NCBI GenBank assembly: GCA_017450465.1
Contig: JAFSUW010000003.1
Location: 4,481-68,480 of the forward strand
DNA length: 64,000 nucleotides
Reading direction: 5' to 3'
Origin: Clostridia bacterium
GTDB taxonomy: Bacteria; Bacillota; Clostridia; TANB77; RGIG9151
This document shows positions 12,191 through 23,000 of this stretch, piece after piece. Under the pieces are notes generated by a model that saw only the letters and a program-made list of their open reading frames with translations, had not been told where the DNA came from and did no database searches. Position numbers and translations under genes: made by a program. Every line of letters starts with the position of its first letter. The first letter of the stretch is position 1.

Positions 12191-13579
12191 ATGAAGAAAA
12201 TACATTTTATTGATGTAACATTAGTATTTTTAATAGTTTTATCATTAGTTTTAACAGGAAGCTTATGGTTTGATAATTACCATGGGCTTTCTTTGGCTAT
12301 ATCAGAATTACCATTTTGGTTAAATGAAACTTTTGATTTTGGTGAAACTGAGTATACTGAACTTATAAAGCCATATAAAGTAACTTTAACTAATGGCGAT
12401 AATGGAAATTACATATATTATGCGTTTAGTGAAGGTAATGTTGAGGGCTTTAATACCGTTTTTTCAATACTAAATAATTTAACCAATTTGGCTATTGATG
12501 AAGCATTTCCTAGTGAATGGAATGAATTACTAACTAGGAAAAGTATTATATGCGAATTTGGTGGGGCGATTGATGCTAATTTACTTACATCGGTAATGTC
12601 AAATAGCACCATTCCTACTGATGTAGTTCAAAACATATCTGCAATAGCAGTAACCAAGGCATTAAATGGTGTAACGATATATATAAAGTGTGATGAAACT
12701 AAAATTTATAGAATGTCATTTGAAGGGGATATTACTCCATTTACTAATTACTTAAACGATTATTCTAAAAAAACAATATATGCAAAATATGTAAAACTTT
12801 CAGAAATGGGTACTACAACGTTCTATGGCAACAAAAAAGTATCCGAAAATTCGTATGTACTATTTCCAATGTCAGCAAAGCAGAGCAATAGAAGGTACGT
12901 TTCAGAAATAGTTTCTAAAAAGTTTTTTGATAATTACGATATGGATACACTTGAAAAGCTTGTTTCATCGTTTTTTTCAACAAATGAATATACCAAATTT
13001 ACAACAACGGATAATAGTTATATCTTCATAAAAGATGATGGCAGTACCGTAAAAGTGCTAAATAGTGGTATTTTTGAATATAATACTAAACTAGTTTACG
13101 ATGATACTATAGATAGCACGATAATGTCGTCTTTTAATGTTGCTCTTGACTATATAAATAAGTTTGGAGAAACTAGTGTGTATCTACTTTCAGGGCAAAA
13201 AGTAGATAATGCGTATGAATATAAATTTGGGATAAATAAAGATGATATCCCTGTCGTAAATAATTCACAGCCAATTGATGAAGATAGAAGAATATACATA
13301 CATATAAAAGTCTTAAACGATAAAGTAATCTACTGTAAACAAAGCTTAAATCGTTATGAAACCGTAAAAACATTGTCATATATAAGTAGTTTCGGGACAA
13401 ATATTTTGGATAACATTTTGGCTAACATTGAAAAAGATTCAGTAGTTACAGTAGAGAACTTAGATTTAGTATATGATGTATCAAGCAATAATAAATATCC
13501 ATTTTGGTATGCAAAATATAAAGTTTTAGATGATGAAAATTACATATTTACTTCTGCTGCAAAGAAAAAAATATATTAA
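12191..13579 (+). CDS. YycH-like membrane-anchored extracellular protein (possible two-component regulatory accessory)
   Basis: N-terminal TM anchor then about 430-aa extracytoplasmic domain. Size and topology match YycH; no alignment done. Confidence 0.35.
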   Translation: MKKIHFIDVTLVFLIVLSLVLTGSLWFDNYHGLSLAISELPFWLNETFDFGETEYTELIKPYKVTLTNGDNGNYIYYAFSEGNVEGFNTVFSILNNLTNLAIDEAFPSEWNELLTRKSIICEFGGAIDANLLTSVMSNSTIPTDVVQNISAIAVTKALNGVTIYIKCDETKIYRMSFEGDITPFTNYLNDYSKKTIYAKYVKLSEMGTTTFYGNKKVSENSYVLFPMSAKQSNRRYVSEIVSKKFFDNYDMDTLEKLVSSFFSTNEYTKFTTTDNSYIFIKDDGSTVKVLNSGIFEYNTKLVYDDTIDSTIMSSFNVALDYINKFGETSVYLLSGQKVDNAYEYKFGINKDDIPVVNNSQPIDEDRRIYIHIKVLNDKVIYCKQSLNRYETVKTLSYISSFGTNILDNILANIEKDSVVTVENLDLVYDVSSNNKYPFWYAKYKVLDDENYIFTSAAKKKIY

Positions 13580-13581
13580 AG

Positions 13582-14103
13582 GTGATGAGGTTTTTGGACT
13601 TAAAACGTGTAAAACTAATGCTTATATTTCTGTTTTTAATAATTAATATTTTTTTGATGTACATGCTTTATAAAGAAAACATCAAATCATATGCAGATAC
13701 AATAACAGCAATAAAAAATGTACTTGCTGTAAATAACGTAGAAGTTATACCAAACCTAAATATTATAGATAGAAGTATAAAAATGCAAAAACTAAATATT
13801 GTCGATAATACAGGCATTACAGAAGATTTATTAATAACCGAAGTAGAAGTAGAAGGGTATGAACTTATAGGAAAAAAGCGAAAAATAGTATCGGTTGCGA
13901 CACTTCTTGCTAATTTCATAAGAGACAATGCACCACATGATATAACAATAAAAGCGATTTCACGTGGTTATTTTTATGATAGTACGAAAGTATCCGAGAA
14001 CTTACTTACAGCTGAGGCAGAACCATGTTGGATAATTGAAACAAATGAAAAAACGTATTATTACAATGCGTATGGTGGAGAGTTAATAAAAATAGAAGAA
14101 TAA
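13582..14103 (+). CDS. YycI-like small membrane-anchored protein
   Basis: N-terminal TM (LMLIFLFLIINIFLMYMLY). Translationally coupled to the upstream gene with a 2-nt gap. Confidence 0.3.
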   Translation: MMRFLDLKRVKLMLIFLFLIINIFLMYMLYKENIKSYADTITAIKNVLAVNNVEVIPNLNIIDRSIKMQKLNIVDNTGITEDLLITEVEVEGYELIGKKRKIVSVATLLANFIRDNAPHDITIKAISRGYFYDSTKVSENLLTAEAEPCWIIETNEKTYYYNAYGGELIKIEE

Positions 14104-14150
14104 GAATATAAAAAACCAGTAACGTTTATACAAATGTTGCTGGTTTTACT

Positions 14151-14178
14151 TTACATAATTAATTCATTATGGTATAAT
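14151..14178 (+). promoter_or_regulatory. promoter TTACAT, 16-nt spacer, TGgTATAAT for the GC-rich cassette
   Basis: Extended -10 read from sequence, about 125 nt upstream of ATG 14305. Confidence 0.45.
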
Positions 14179-14304
14179 ATATATATGTTAAATTCTATAC
14201 TGACAAGAAAGGAGAAAGTTCTTCTTTTGGACGTTTAACCCGCTATGCACTGTGCTGAGTGCGTACGCAACCAGGACGTTTAAAAAAGAAGAACAAATCT
14301 AACC

Positions 14305-15075
14305 ATGACTGAAACTTACGTAATTCTCGCGGCGATGTGCATCATCGCAATTTTCGCGATTATCGCCCTCTGCGTTGGTAAGGCGAAAAAGACCACGACC
14401 ACGACGAAGAACGACCACATCTGCGTTGATGACACCGGTATGTACGGAGGACTCCGCGAGTACCACGAGCGGAACCGCACTACCGACGTCGATGAAGATG
14501 AGATCTACGAGACCGACGAAGAAGACTACGACGAACCCGATGAGCCGGAAAAGCCGAACCTTGATGCCTATATGAAGGCGGAAGAGGAAGCAGCCGAAAC
14601 CGGCGTTGAAGTCGAGAACGGAATCGAAGCCGAATCGGGCATCAAGGCGCAGAACATTGCGTACGCAGAGCCCGAAATGGTTGCTGAACCCGAAGCCGAG
14701 AACGAACCCGAGGTAATCGAACCGGAACCGGAGCCCGTAAGGGCGGTCGTGCCGGTAAGAAAGCCGACGGAACAGGAGTTTGCGAAACAGAGGCCGCGTG
14801 AAAAGACCGCCTGGGACAAGGCGAAGGCGTGGCTTTGGGCTGCGCTCATCGTACTCGCAATTGCGGTCATCTTGGCCCTCGCAGCCACGGCTTACGAGAC
14901 CCTGACGGGTCAGCCCATCGGCGTCAAGTTCTGGACCGTCGCACTCGCAATCATCGCCACCATCTTCATGGCCGTCTGCGCTATCAAATATCGGCGCGAC
15001 AAAGACGCCTGGGTATGGTGGACCATCGCAATCGTATGTGCGGTCGTTGCCGCATACGCGTGGTTCAAACTTTAA
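14305..15075 (+). CDS. hypothetical polytopic membrane protein with acidic Pro/Glu-rich linker, strongly atypical GC (about 55-60%)
   Basis: N-terminal TM, EPEAENEPEVIEPEPEP low-complexity linker, three C-terminal TM helices. GC3-rich codons. No obvious SD. Several long overlapping ORFs in other frames are GC artefacts. Confidence 0.55.
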   Translation: MTETYVILAAMCIIAIFAIIALCVGKAKKTTTTTKNDHICVDDTGMYGGLREYHERNRTTDVDEDEIYETDEEDYDEPDEPEKPNLDAYMKAEEEAAETGVEVENGIEAESGIKAQNIAYAEPEMVAEPEAENEPEVIEPEPEPVRAVVPVRKPTEQEFAKQRPREKTAWDKAKAWLWAALIVLAIAVILALAATAYETLTGQPIGVKFWTVALAIIATIFMAVCAIKYRRDKDAWVWWTIAIVCAVVAAYAWFKL

Positions 15076-15090
15076 CCCCCCTATCAGATA

Positions 15091-15121
15091 CCCCGTACAG
15101 CACTACGGGGTTTTGTTTTTT
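15091..15121 (+). terminator. intrinsic terminator CCCCGTA-cagcac-TACGGGG plus T-run
   Basis: 7-bp GC stem followed by TTTTGTTTTTT. Confidence 0.65.
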
Positions 15122-15146
15122 AAAAAATTTTGTGCAAATTATCGGT

Positions 15147-15178
15147 GATTTTGATTATGACCTGTCATAATCAAAATC
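15147..15178. promoter_or_regulatory. perfect 32-bp palindrome GATTTTGATTATGAC-CT-GTCATAATCAAAATC (candidate operator)
   Basis: The 15-nt arms are exact reverse complements. Confidence 0.4.
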
Positions 15179-15474
15179 TACATTTAGTAATTCTACATAA
15201 TTTACAGTTTAATAACAAAAAACAAATAAAGCGAATTCATCACGTAGTTTGTTAGCATTTTTCCAAAACAGCTTATGGTCGTCAAAAAAGCCGGATGCTT
15301 TTTTGAGTGAGTATGCGACATGGATGTCGTCATACGAGCGACCACCATTTGTTTTGGCAAAAAATGCAACAAATGAAGTGTTAGAATGAAGCGATTTGTT
15401 TTTTGTTATTTGTAAATTTCTTATACTTGCCAAACTTTATAAATAATAGTATCATTTACATTGAGGTGAAATAC

Positions 15475-17646
15475 TTGGTTACTTATAAAGGGGAAGTTAC
15501 TGAAATTATTTATAAAAATGAAGTATCGTATTATACGATTTTAAATATACTTACTGAAGATGAAGAATATATAACTGCAGTTGGGTTTATGCCTTATGTG
15601 CAAGTTGGCGAAGAAATTGCTGTTACAGGAAATATAGTAAAACATCCAGATTACGGAGAACAACTAAAGGTTGAGATGTTTGAAAAGTTTATGCCAAAAG
15701 GTGTAAATGCTATCGAAAAGTATTTAGCATCGGGCATCTTAAAAGGTGTTGGGCCAGCAACAGCAAAACGTATTGTGTCACGCTTTGGCGAAGATTCTAT
15801 AAACGTTATACGTAATCTTCCCGAAAAACTTACTGAAGTAAAAGGCATACATTTTGATAAAGCGATGGCTATAAGTAACACATTAAATGAGCAGTGGGAC
15901 TTGTGGCAACTTGCATCATTTGTAGGTAATTACGGCATAGGTAATAAAAATGCATTAAAACTTTATAAAGAATTTGGAATTGATGCAGTTAATATGGTTA
16001 AGAGTAACCCATATATCGTTTTAGAACTATGTAATGGTGTAGAGTTTAAAACTATAGATAAAATGGCTATTGATGTAGGGTATGACTTAAATAGCGATAC
16101 TCGTGCTGCCGCTGGCATTAAATATGCGTTAGGTGTTGCCTCAAGTGAGGGGCATACATATCTTCCTAAAGACGTACTTACTGAATATTTAATATCTTTT
16201 TTGAATATAGATGAAGACGCAATAACATCTGGAATAACACGTCTTGCTATGGATAATAAGATAACAATATACAACGAAAATAAAATATATTTATCGTCGC
16301 TTTATAATGCAGAAAAAAACATCGCAATAAAATTAAATAACATGAGCCAAATGAAAAACAAATATGATGTTGATACGATTGATGCAAATTTAGAAAACGG
16401 CATTACATTAAGCGAAGAACAGATAGATTGCATAAAAGAAGTGTTTAATAATCAAGTGTCAATCATTACTGGTGGACCGGGTACAGGTAAAACTACTATA
16501 GTAAAAGCAATTATAAAAATATTAGATGGTTTTGATGCAAAAGTTGTTTTATGTGCTCCAACAGGGCGTGCTGCCAAAAGGCTTACAGAAGCATCGGGTG
16601 TTGAAGCAAAAACAATACATAGATTACTTGAAATAAAGCATATAGATGATGATGACCGTAACGCGATAGCAGATATATCTGTTTCGCCAATAGAAGCAGA
16701 TGTAGTAATAGTTGACGAAGTTTCTATGATAGATATATTGCTAATGAATAACTTACTTAAAGCAATTAGTAAATCTACTATGCTAATACTTGTAGGAGAT
16801 GCTGACCAGTTGCCATCTGTAGGGCCAGGTAACGTACTTCGCGATTTAATTAATTCAAAAAAAATTGCATCTTGTGCACTTACAAAAATATTTAGGCAGG
16901 CAGAACAGAGTATGATAGTAGTTAATGCTCATAGCATTAACGAGGGTGAAATGCCAAGATTTAATGAAGAAAATACAGATAGTTTTTTAGTAAATGCTAC
17001 AACTTATGAAGACATTACAAATAAATTACTCACACTATGTACAGAGCGTTTACCACAGTTTAAGAAGGATATAACACAGGATGAAATACAAGTAATAACC
17101 CCTATGAGAAAAGGAAATTTGGGGGCAAATAACTTAAATAAAGAGCTACAAAAAGTGTTAAATCCGTATGCACATAATAAGCCACAAATAACAATTGGAG
17201 GCAAAACGTTTAGAGTATTTGACCGTGTAATGCAAATAAAAAATAACTACGATATTGGTTGGGTGTCAGAACTTGAAGAAGGCGTAGGAATATTTAATGG
17301 AGATATGGGTCGCATTACAGACATAGATGAAGATTTTGAAATAATTCGAGTGGTTTTTGATGATGGGAAAGAAGTAGATTATGATAGTGTGCAAGCAGAG
17401 GAACTCGATTTAGCATATGCTACTACAGTACATAAAAGTCAAGGAAGTGAGTTTAAGGTAGTTGTTATACCTGTATTTATGGGTGGGCAGCGTCTTATGA
17501 CAAGAAATTTATTATATACGGCAATGACAAGAGCACGTGAAATGCTCGTGTTTGTAGGAAATATCAGCAGTATAGAATATATGGTAAGAAACCTAAATAA
17601 AAAAGAAAGGTACTCGTCATTAGGTGATATGTTAAATGAACCATGA
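15475..17646 (+). CDS. recD2: RecD2-type SF1 ATP-dependent DNA helicase
   Basis: Walker A GGPGTGKTT. Motifs DEVSMID, GDADQLPSVGPG, ATTVHKSQGSEF, AMTRAR. Start reassigned to TTG 15475 behind a GAGGTG RBS. Confidence 0.8.
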   Translation: MVTYKGEVTEIIYKNEVSYYTILNILTEDEEYITAVGFMPYVQVGEEIAVTGNIVKHPDYGEQLKVEMFEKFMPKGVNAIEKYLASGILKGVGPATAKRIVSRFGEDSINVIRNLPEKLTEVKGIHFDKAMAISNTLNEQWDLWQLASFVGNYGIGNKNALKLYKEFGIDAVNMVKSNPYIVLELCNGVEFKTIDKMAIDVGYDLNSDTRAAAGIKYALGVASSEGHTYLPKDVLTEYLISFLNIDEDAITSGITRLAMDNKITIYNENKIYLSSLYNAEKNIAIKLNNMSQMKNKYDVDTIDANLENGITLSEEQIDCIKEVFNNQVSIITGGPGTGKTTIVKAIIKILDGFDAKVVLCAPTGRAAKRLTEASGVEAKTIHRLLEIKHIDDDDRNAIADISVSPIEADVVIVDEVSMIDILLMNNLLKAISKSTMLILVGDADQLPSVGPGNVLRDLINSKKIASCALTKIFRQAEQSMIVVNAHSINEGEMPRFNEENTDSFLVNATTYEDITNKLLTLCTERLPQFKKDITQDEIQVITPMRKGNLGANNLNKELQKVLNPYAHNKPQITIGGKTFRVFDRVMQIKNNYDIGWVSELEEGVGIFNGDMGRITDIDEDFEIIRVVFDDGKEVDYDSVQAEELDLAYATTVHKSQGSEFKVVVIPVFMGGQRLMTRNLLYTAMTRAREMLVFVGNISSIEYMVRNLNKKERYSSLGDMLNEP

Positions 17647-17807
17647 TTATGAGTTTGGCAAATATTTGCAATTTGGCTGCGTTAAACTTCGCATCGAAAA
17701 TCCTCAACATACAATTTGTATGCCTCCGGTTTTCTCGCTCGTTTGCCTTGCCAAATCATCAAATCTTTGCCAAACATAAAGTTCTATTCAATTTATTAAA
17801 AATAATT

Positions 17808-17831
17808 GTAGGGGCGAACTTTGTTCGCCCG
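17808..17831. other. GC-rich hairpin GTAGGGGCGAAC-ttt-GTTCGCCCG, probable recD2 terminator and member of a hairpin family
   Basis: 8-bp stem. Shares 12/12 of TGTAGGGGCGA with the hairpin at 2027. Confidence 0.5.
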
Positions 17832-17938
17832 TTAATATAAACGCTCACCTAAATAGCAATTTATCCAACTATTTCATACTTTCTACTAGTAAATCATACA
17901 AATTTATGGTAAAATAATCGTTAAAAGGAGGGATTGTC

Positions 17939-19408
17939 ATGAAAATATACAATACTATGACAAAGACAAAAGAAGATTTCATACCAATTGATGGTAATAA
18001 GGTAAAGATGTATGCATGTGGAATTACGGTATATGATGATTGTCATATGGGGCACGCAAAACAAGCCATTGTATATGACGTGATTTCCCAATATTTAAGA
18101 TTTAGGGGTTACGATGTTACATATGTTAGAAATTATACTGATGTTGACGACAAAATTATAAATCGTGCAAACGAACTTGGAATCAATGCACTAGACTATT
18201 CTGCTGAAAGAATTCATGAGGCAGAAAGAGTTTTGGGTGAACTTCGTGTTTGCCCTGCAGATATTAATCCAAAAGCATCAGAAAATATAGATAATATTAT
18301 AAATTTTGTACAAGATCTTATTGAAAAAGGTCATGCATATGCTACAGAAAAGGGCGATGTATATTTCTCAGTAAAAAGTTTCCCTGGTTATGGCAAACTT
18401 TCAAAAAGAAATACAGATGAATTATTAAATGGTGTGAGAAAAGACGTAGAAGAAGGAAAAACTGATCCGCTAGATTTTGCTCTTTGGAAATCTGCTAAAG
18501 AAGGAGAAATATCTTGGGATTCTCCTTGGGGCAAGGGACGTCCTGGTTGGCATATTGAATGTTCTACAATGATAAGGGCTAACCTTGGTGAGTCTATAGA
18601 TATTCATGGTGGCGGAAAAGATTTAGTATTCCCCCATCACGAAAACGAAATAGCGCAAAGTGAATCACTTACTGGCAAACCACTTGCAAAGTATTGGAGT
18701 CATAGTGGACTTATTACAATAAATGGGCAAAAAATGAGTAAATCTTTAGGTAATTCAAAAACAATTAAAGAGATGCTAGAAGTGTATAATCCTGAAGTTA
18801 TTCGTTATACTATGCTTTCTAAACACTATTCTACTGATACTGATTTGAGTGATAAAGAATTTGCATTATCTGAAAAACAAATGTTTTACTTCTACAATAC
18901 ATTAAATGATATAAATAACTTTGTAAAAGCAAACTTAACTGATGAGAACGCCAAGATTGTCGAAGAGGAAAATTATAATGCCATTGAAACTAACTTTATT
19001 GAAGCAATGGATGACGATTTTAATACATCATTAGCTCTTGCTGGATTGTTTACCGCTTGCAAAAATGCGAATAATTTAATGAAAGATAAAAAATATGACG
19101 CAAATACTCGTGCAGTAACATTAAAGAAAATGGCAGAAAAAATTGTTACGTTATATTCTGTAATAGGGCTATTAAAGGAAGAACCAACCGTATTTATTGA
19201 AAATCTTAAATTAAAACACTTAAAACTAAAAAATATGACTGTTGAAGAAGTAGAAAACCTTATTAATAAACGTAGTGATGCAAAAGCAAATAAAGATTAT
19301 GCTGTAGCAGATGCAATTAGAAATGAATTAGATACTAAAGGTATTATTCTTTTCGACAGCAAAGATGGTACAACATGGGGCATCAATGAATTATATAATA
19401 TAGGGTAA
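17939..19408 (+). CDS. cysS: cysteine--tRNA ligase
   Basis: HIGH motif (CHMGHA) and KMSKS (QKMSKSLGN). 489 aa. AAGGAGGGA RBS. Confidence 0.9.
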   Translation: MKIYNTMTKTKEDFIPIDGNKVKMYACGITVYDDCHMGHAKQAIVYDVISQYLRFRGYDVTYVRNYTDVDDKIINRANELGINALDYSAERIHEAERVLGELRVCPADINPKASENIDNIINFVQDLIEKGHAYATEKGDVYFSVKSFPGYGKLSKRNTDELLNGVRKDVEEGKTDPLDFALWKSAKEGEISWDSPWGKGRPGWHIECSTMIRANLGESIDIHGGGKDLVFPHHENEIAQSESLTGKPLAKYWSHSGLITINGQKMSKSLGNSKTIKEMLEVYNPEVIRYTMLSKHYSTDTDLSDKEFALSEKQMFYFYNTLNDINNFVKANLTDENAKIVEEENYNAIETNFIEAMDDDFNTSLALAGLFTACKNANNLMKDKKYDANTRAVTLKKMAEKIVTLYSVIGLLKEEPTVFIENLKLKHLKLKNMTVEEVENLINKRSDAKANKDYAVADAIRNELDTKGIILFDSKDGTTWGINELYNIG

Positions 19409-19417
19409 TTTTATGGG

Positions 19418-19446
19418 TGAACTTTGGTTCGCCCATTTTTTATATA
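19418..19446 (+). terminator. intrinsic terminator GGGTGAAC-tttg-GTTCGCCC plus ATTTTTTAT
   Basis: Same hairpin family as 17811. Confidence 0.65.
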
Positions 19447-19457
19447 GGAGGAGTATT

Positions 19458-19958
19458 ATGATAAGACCTGCTGATATTTCGGATGCAAAAGCTATAGCGC
19501 ATATTAGAGTAGATGGTTGGAAAACTACATATAAAGGAATGATGCCGGATAGCTTTTTATCAAAACTAAACTATGAGGAAGAAGAAGACCGAGATAAAAA
19601 AAGACTACTTGGAAATGATAATAATTTTACAAGCAAAATAGTTGTTTATGAAGAAAATAACGAAATACTAGGTTTTGCTTTTTATGGTAATGCAATAGAT
19701 AGTAGTTATGATGGAGAAATACTTGCGTTATATGTAAAACCAGATATGAAAAGACATGGTATAGGCAATAAATTAGTAAATTACATAAAACAAGAATTAA
19801 AAAATAATGGAAAAACCAATATGATTATTTGGTGTTTAAAAGAAAACATAAATTCAATTAAGTTTTATGAAAAAATGGGCGGGAAGCCACTAGATACACG
19901 TAATATAAATATTGCTGGTACTAATTTGACTGAAGTGGGATTAGTATATGAATTATAA
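19458..19958 (+). CDS. GNAT family N-acetyltransferase
   Basis: Acetyl-CoA binding motif KRHGIGNKLV (Q/RxxGxG/A). About 166 aa. GGAGGAG RBS before ATG 19458. Confidence 0.7.
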   Translation: MIRPADISDAKAIAHIRVDGWKTTYKGMMPDSFLSKLNYEEEEDRDKKRLLGNDNNFTSKIVVYEENNEILGFAFYGNAIDSSYDGEILALYVKPDMKRHGIGNKLVNYIKQELKNNGKTNMIIWCLKENINSIKFYEKMGGKPLDTRNINIAGTNLTEVGLVYEL

Positions 19959-20074
19959 ATAGACCGAAATAAATCGATCTATTTTTTCAATACAAACTTT
20001 AACTTATTTTACTTGTAATTTTTATGTAGAATGATATAATATTTTTGTAAAAGTATAAACTCTGGAGGAATATT

Positions 20075-23000
20075 ATGTCGGATAAAAAATTATATGAACT
20101 AACTGAGCAGCAACAAGGAATGTGGTATACTGAAAAACTTTATCCTAATACAAGCATGGGTTCAATTACTGGTATAATAAAAATAAAGGATACTATTAAT
20201 TTTGAAGTTTTAGAAAAAGCTATAAATAAATTTGTTGAAAAAAATGATGCAATGCGATTAATAATTACCGAAGAAAATGGTAATCCAATGCAATATGTAT
20301 CTGACTTTAAGTATTCAAAACTAAAATTTATAGATTTTTCTAAAAAAGATACCAAAGATTTATATGAATGGGAAGAAAACGAAGCTAAAAAAGCATTTGA
20401 TATACATAATTCTTTGCTTTTTGAATTTGTTATGTTCAAAGCAGCAAATGAGGGTGGTTTTGTAATTAGAGTACACCATATTATTTCTGATGCTTGGAGT
20501 TTGGTAAATCTTTCTAGTAAAGTTATCGAAAATTACATTAAAATGAAGAACAATGCATACGCTGAAGAAAATAATGCACCTTCATATATTGATTTCATAA
20601 ATAGTGAAAAAGAATATTTAGCTTCAAAACGTTTTAATTTAGATAAGAAGTACTGGGAAGATAAACTTAGTATTTTTGAAGATATAACAACACTAAAAGA
20701 AAATAAATCTGACAATACAAGTATAAAATCAAAAAGAAAAACTTTTGTATTACCTGAAAAACTTTCAAATAAGATCCGGGAATTTTGCAAAGAGAAAAAG
20801 GTTTCAGAGTATACTTTATTTATTGCGGCAATTTCTATGTACATAAATAGAACGAGAAATAAAGAAGATATGTTCTTTGGAACATCTTTATTAAACCGTT
20901 CTACAAAGGCCGAAAAAGAAACAATGGGTATGTTTGTAAATGCTGCTGTTCCTGTACACGTTAAAGTAAATGGCGAAAGCAATTTCGATGATTTTATTGA
21001 ATCTATTTCTAAAGAACTACTATCTACACTCAAACATCAAAAATATCCATACTCTGAAATGACTAAGTTTACTAAGAAAACTAAACTTTTCGATATCGTA
21101 TTAAACTACCAAAATGCTAAACTTAATCACAAATTAGATTTAGATTACTTAACTCGTTGGGTTGTTAATGATTCACAAATAGAATCTTTAATAGTAAATG
21201 TAAACGATAGAGATGGCGAAGGTAATCTAATTATCGACTATGATTATTTAACTGATTTATTTTATGCTAAAGAAGTTGATTTCATACATCAACATATTAT
21301 AAATATCTTGTGGCATGCACTTGATAACTGCAAGAAACCAATTGCAGATTTAGAAATGCTTTCTGAAGTTGAAAAAGACAAGATTTTGCATAAGTTTAAT
21401 GATGACAACGCAACATATGACCACAATATAACTATTCATGAAATATTTGAAAAGCAAGTAGAAAAATATCCAAATAATATTGCCTTAACATTTGATGGCA
21501 AAAACATGACATATAAAGAGTTAAATGAAAAAGCAAATGCTCTTGCACATATTTTGCGTAAAAACGGCTTAAAACGTGAAGATATAGTTTGTATGATACT
21601 AGATAAATCGTTTAATACAATTATATCTATTTTGGCTATCTTAAAATCAGGCGGAGCATATTTACCAATTTTACCTGATTACCCAACTGAAAGAATAGAT
21701 TTTATGCTTGCAGATAGTGGCTCCAAGTTTTTAATCACACAAAAAGAATATAAAGGCAAATATAAATTTGATGGACTGATTTTATGTGCTGATGATGAAA
21801 AAATTTATAACGAAGATAAAACAAATTTACCAAATGTAAATAAGCCAGAAGATTTGCTTTACATAATTTATACTTCTGGTTCAACAGGTAAGCCAAAAGG
21901 CGTTATGCTTGAGCATAGAAATGTTGTACGTCTTTTATATAATAGTGCGTTCCAATTTGATTTTAATGACAAAGATGTTTGGACTATGTTCCATTCATAT
22001 TGCTTTGATTTCTCGGTTTGGGAAATGTACGGTGCATTATTATATGGTGGGCGCCTTGTTATAATACCTAAAGAAATCTCTCGTGATGTCCAAGAATTCT
22101 TAAAGGTACTTCGTAAAGAAAAAGTTACAATATTAAATCAAACACCAAACGTATTTTATAATTTAGTAAATGAAGAAGTTAAAGAAAAAAATGCTGATTT
22201 AGTTATTAGATATATTGTTTTTGGTGGAGAGGCATTAAAACCTACAATGCTAAAGCCATTTAGGGATAAATATCCAAAAACAAAACTAATCAATATGTAT
22301 GGAATAACTGAAACAACAGTTCACGTTACTTTTAAGGATTTATCCGATGAAGATATCGCAAGTAGTAAGAGTAATATAGGTAAACCAATACCTACACTTA
22401 AAACTTACATCATGGACAAAAACTTAAAACTTTTACCTGTAAATACTCCAGGTGAAATTTGCGTAACTGGTGCTGGTGTTGCAAGAGGTTACTTAAATAG
22501 ACCTGAACTAACAAAAGAAAAATTTGTTGTAAACCCTTATAATCCTACTGAGCGTATGTATCGTTCTGGAGATCTCGGAAGATACTATGCTGAAGGTGAT
22601 ATCGAATATTTAGGAAGAATAGACAATCAAGTAAAAATTCGTGGTTTTAGGGTTGAACTTGATGAAATTGAACGTACTATTCTTACTTTTGATGGTGCAA
22701 AAAATGCACTCGTAATGGCTAAAAAGGATAACAATGAAAAGAATTTCCTTTGTGCATATGTTGTAAAAACTAAAGATATTGATGTACAAAAATTAAGAGA
22801 ACATTTAGCAAAAACTTTACCAGACTATATGGTACCGGCTTATTATGTATTTTTAGATGCGTTTCCGCTTACTGTAAATGGTAAAATAGATAGAAAAAAT
22901 CTACCTGAACCAGAAGCAGTTGACAATACTATATATATTGCACCTGTAACTGAAACCGAGAAAATACTTGCAAGCACTTTTGCTGAGGTACTAAATAAAG

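Noticed and set aside
14375-15170. Long overlapping ORFs in alternative frames/strands of the GC-rich gene (14375-14575 plus, 14568-14888 minus, 14829-15170 plus)
   Set aside because: Typical GC-rich frame artefacts. The 14305-15075 frame has TM helices and a proper terminator. The others are Arg/Ser/Thr-rich nonsense.
15209-15433. 74-aa minus-strand ORF as a real gene
   Set aside because: Its start lies inside the recD2 promoter region, it has no RBS, and its composition is odd. More likely a remnant, noted under the palindrome finding.
17647-17938. Possible cysteine T-box riboswitch leader upstream of cysS
   Set aside because: The only hairpin (17808-17831) lacks the AATTAGGGTGGTACCGCG T-box consensus. 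A good TGgTAAAAT promoter lies downstream of it (about 17900-17915), so the hairpin is more likely the recD2 terminator. The short ORF 17643-17840 is likely spurious.
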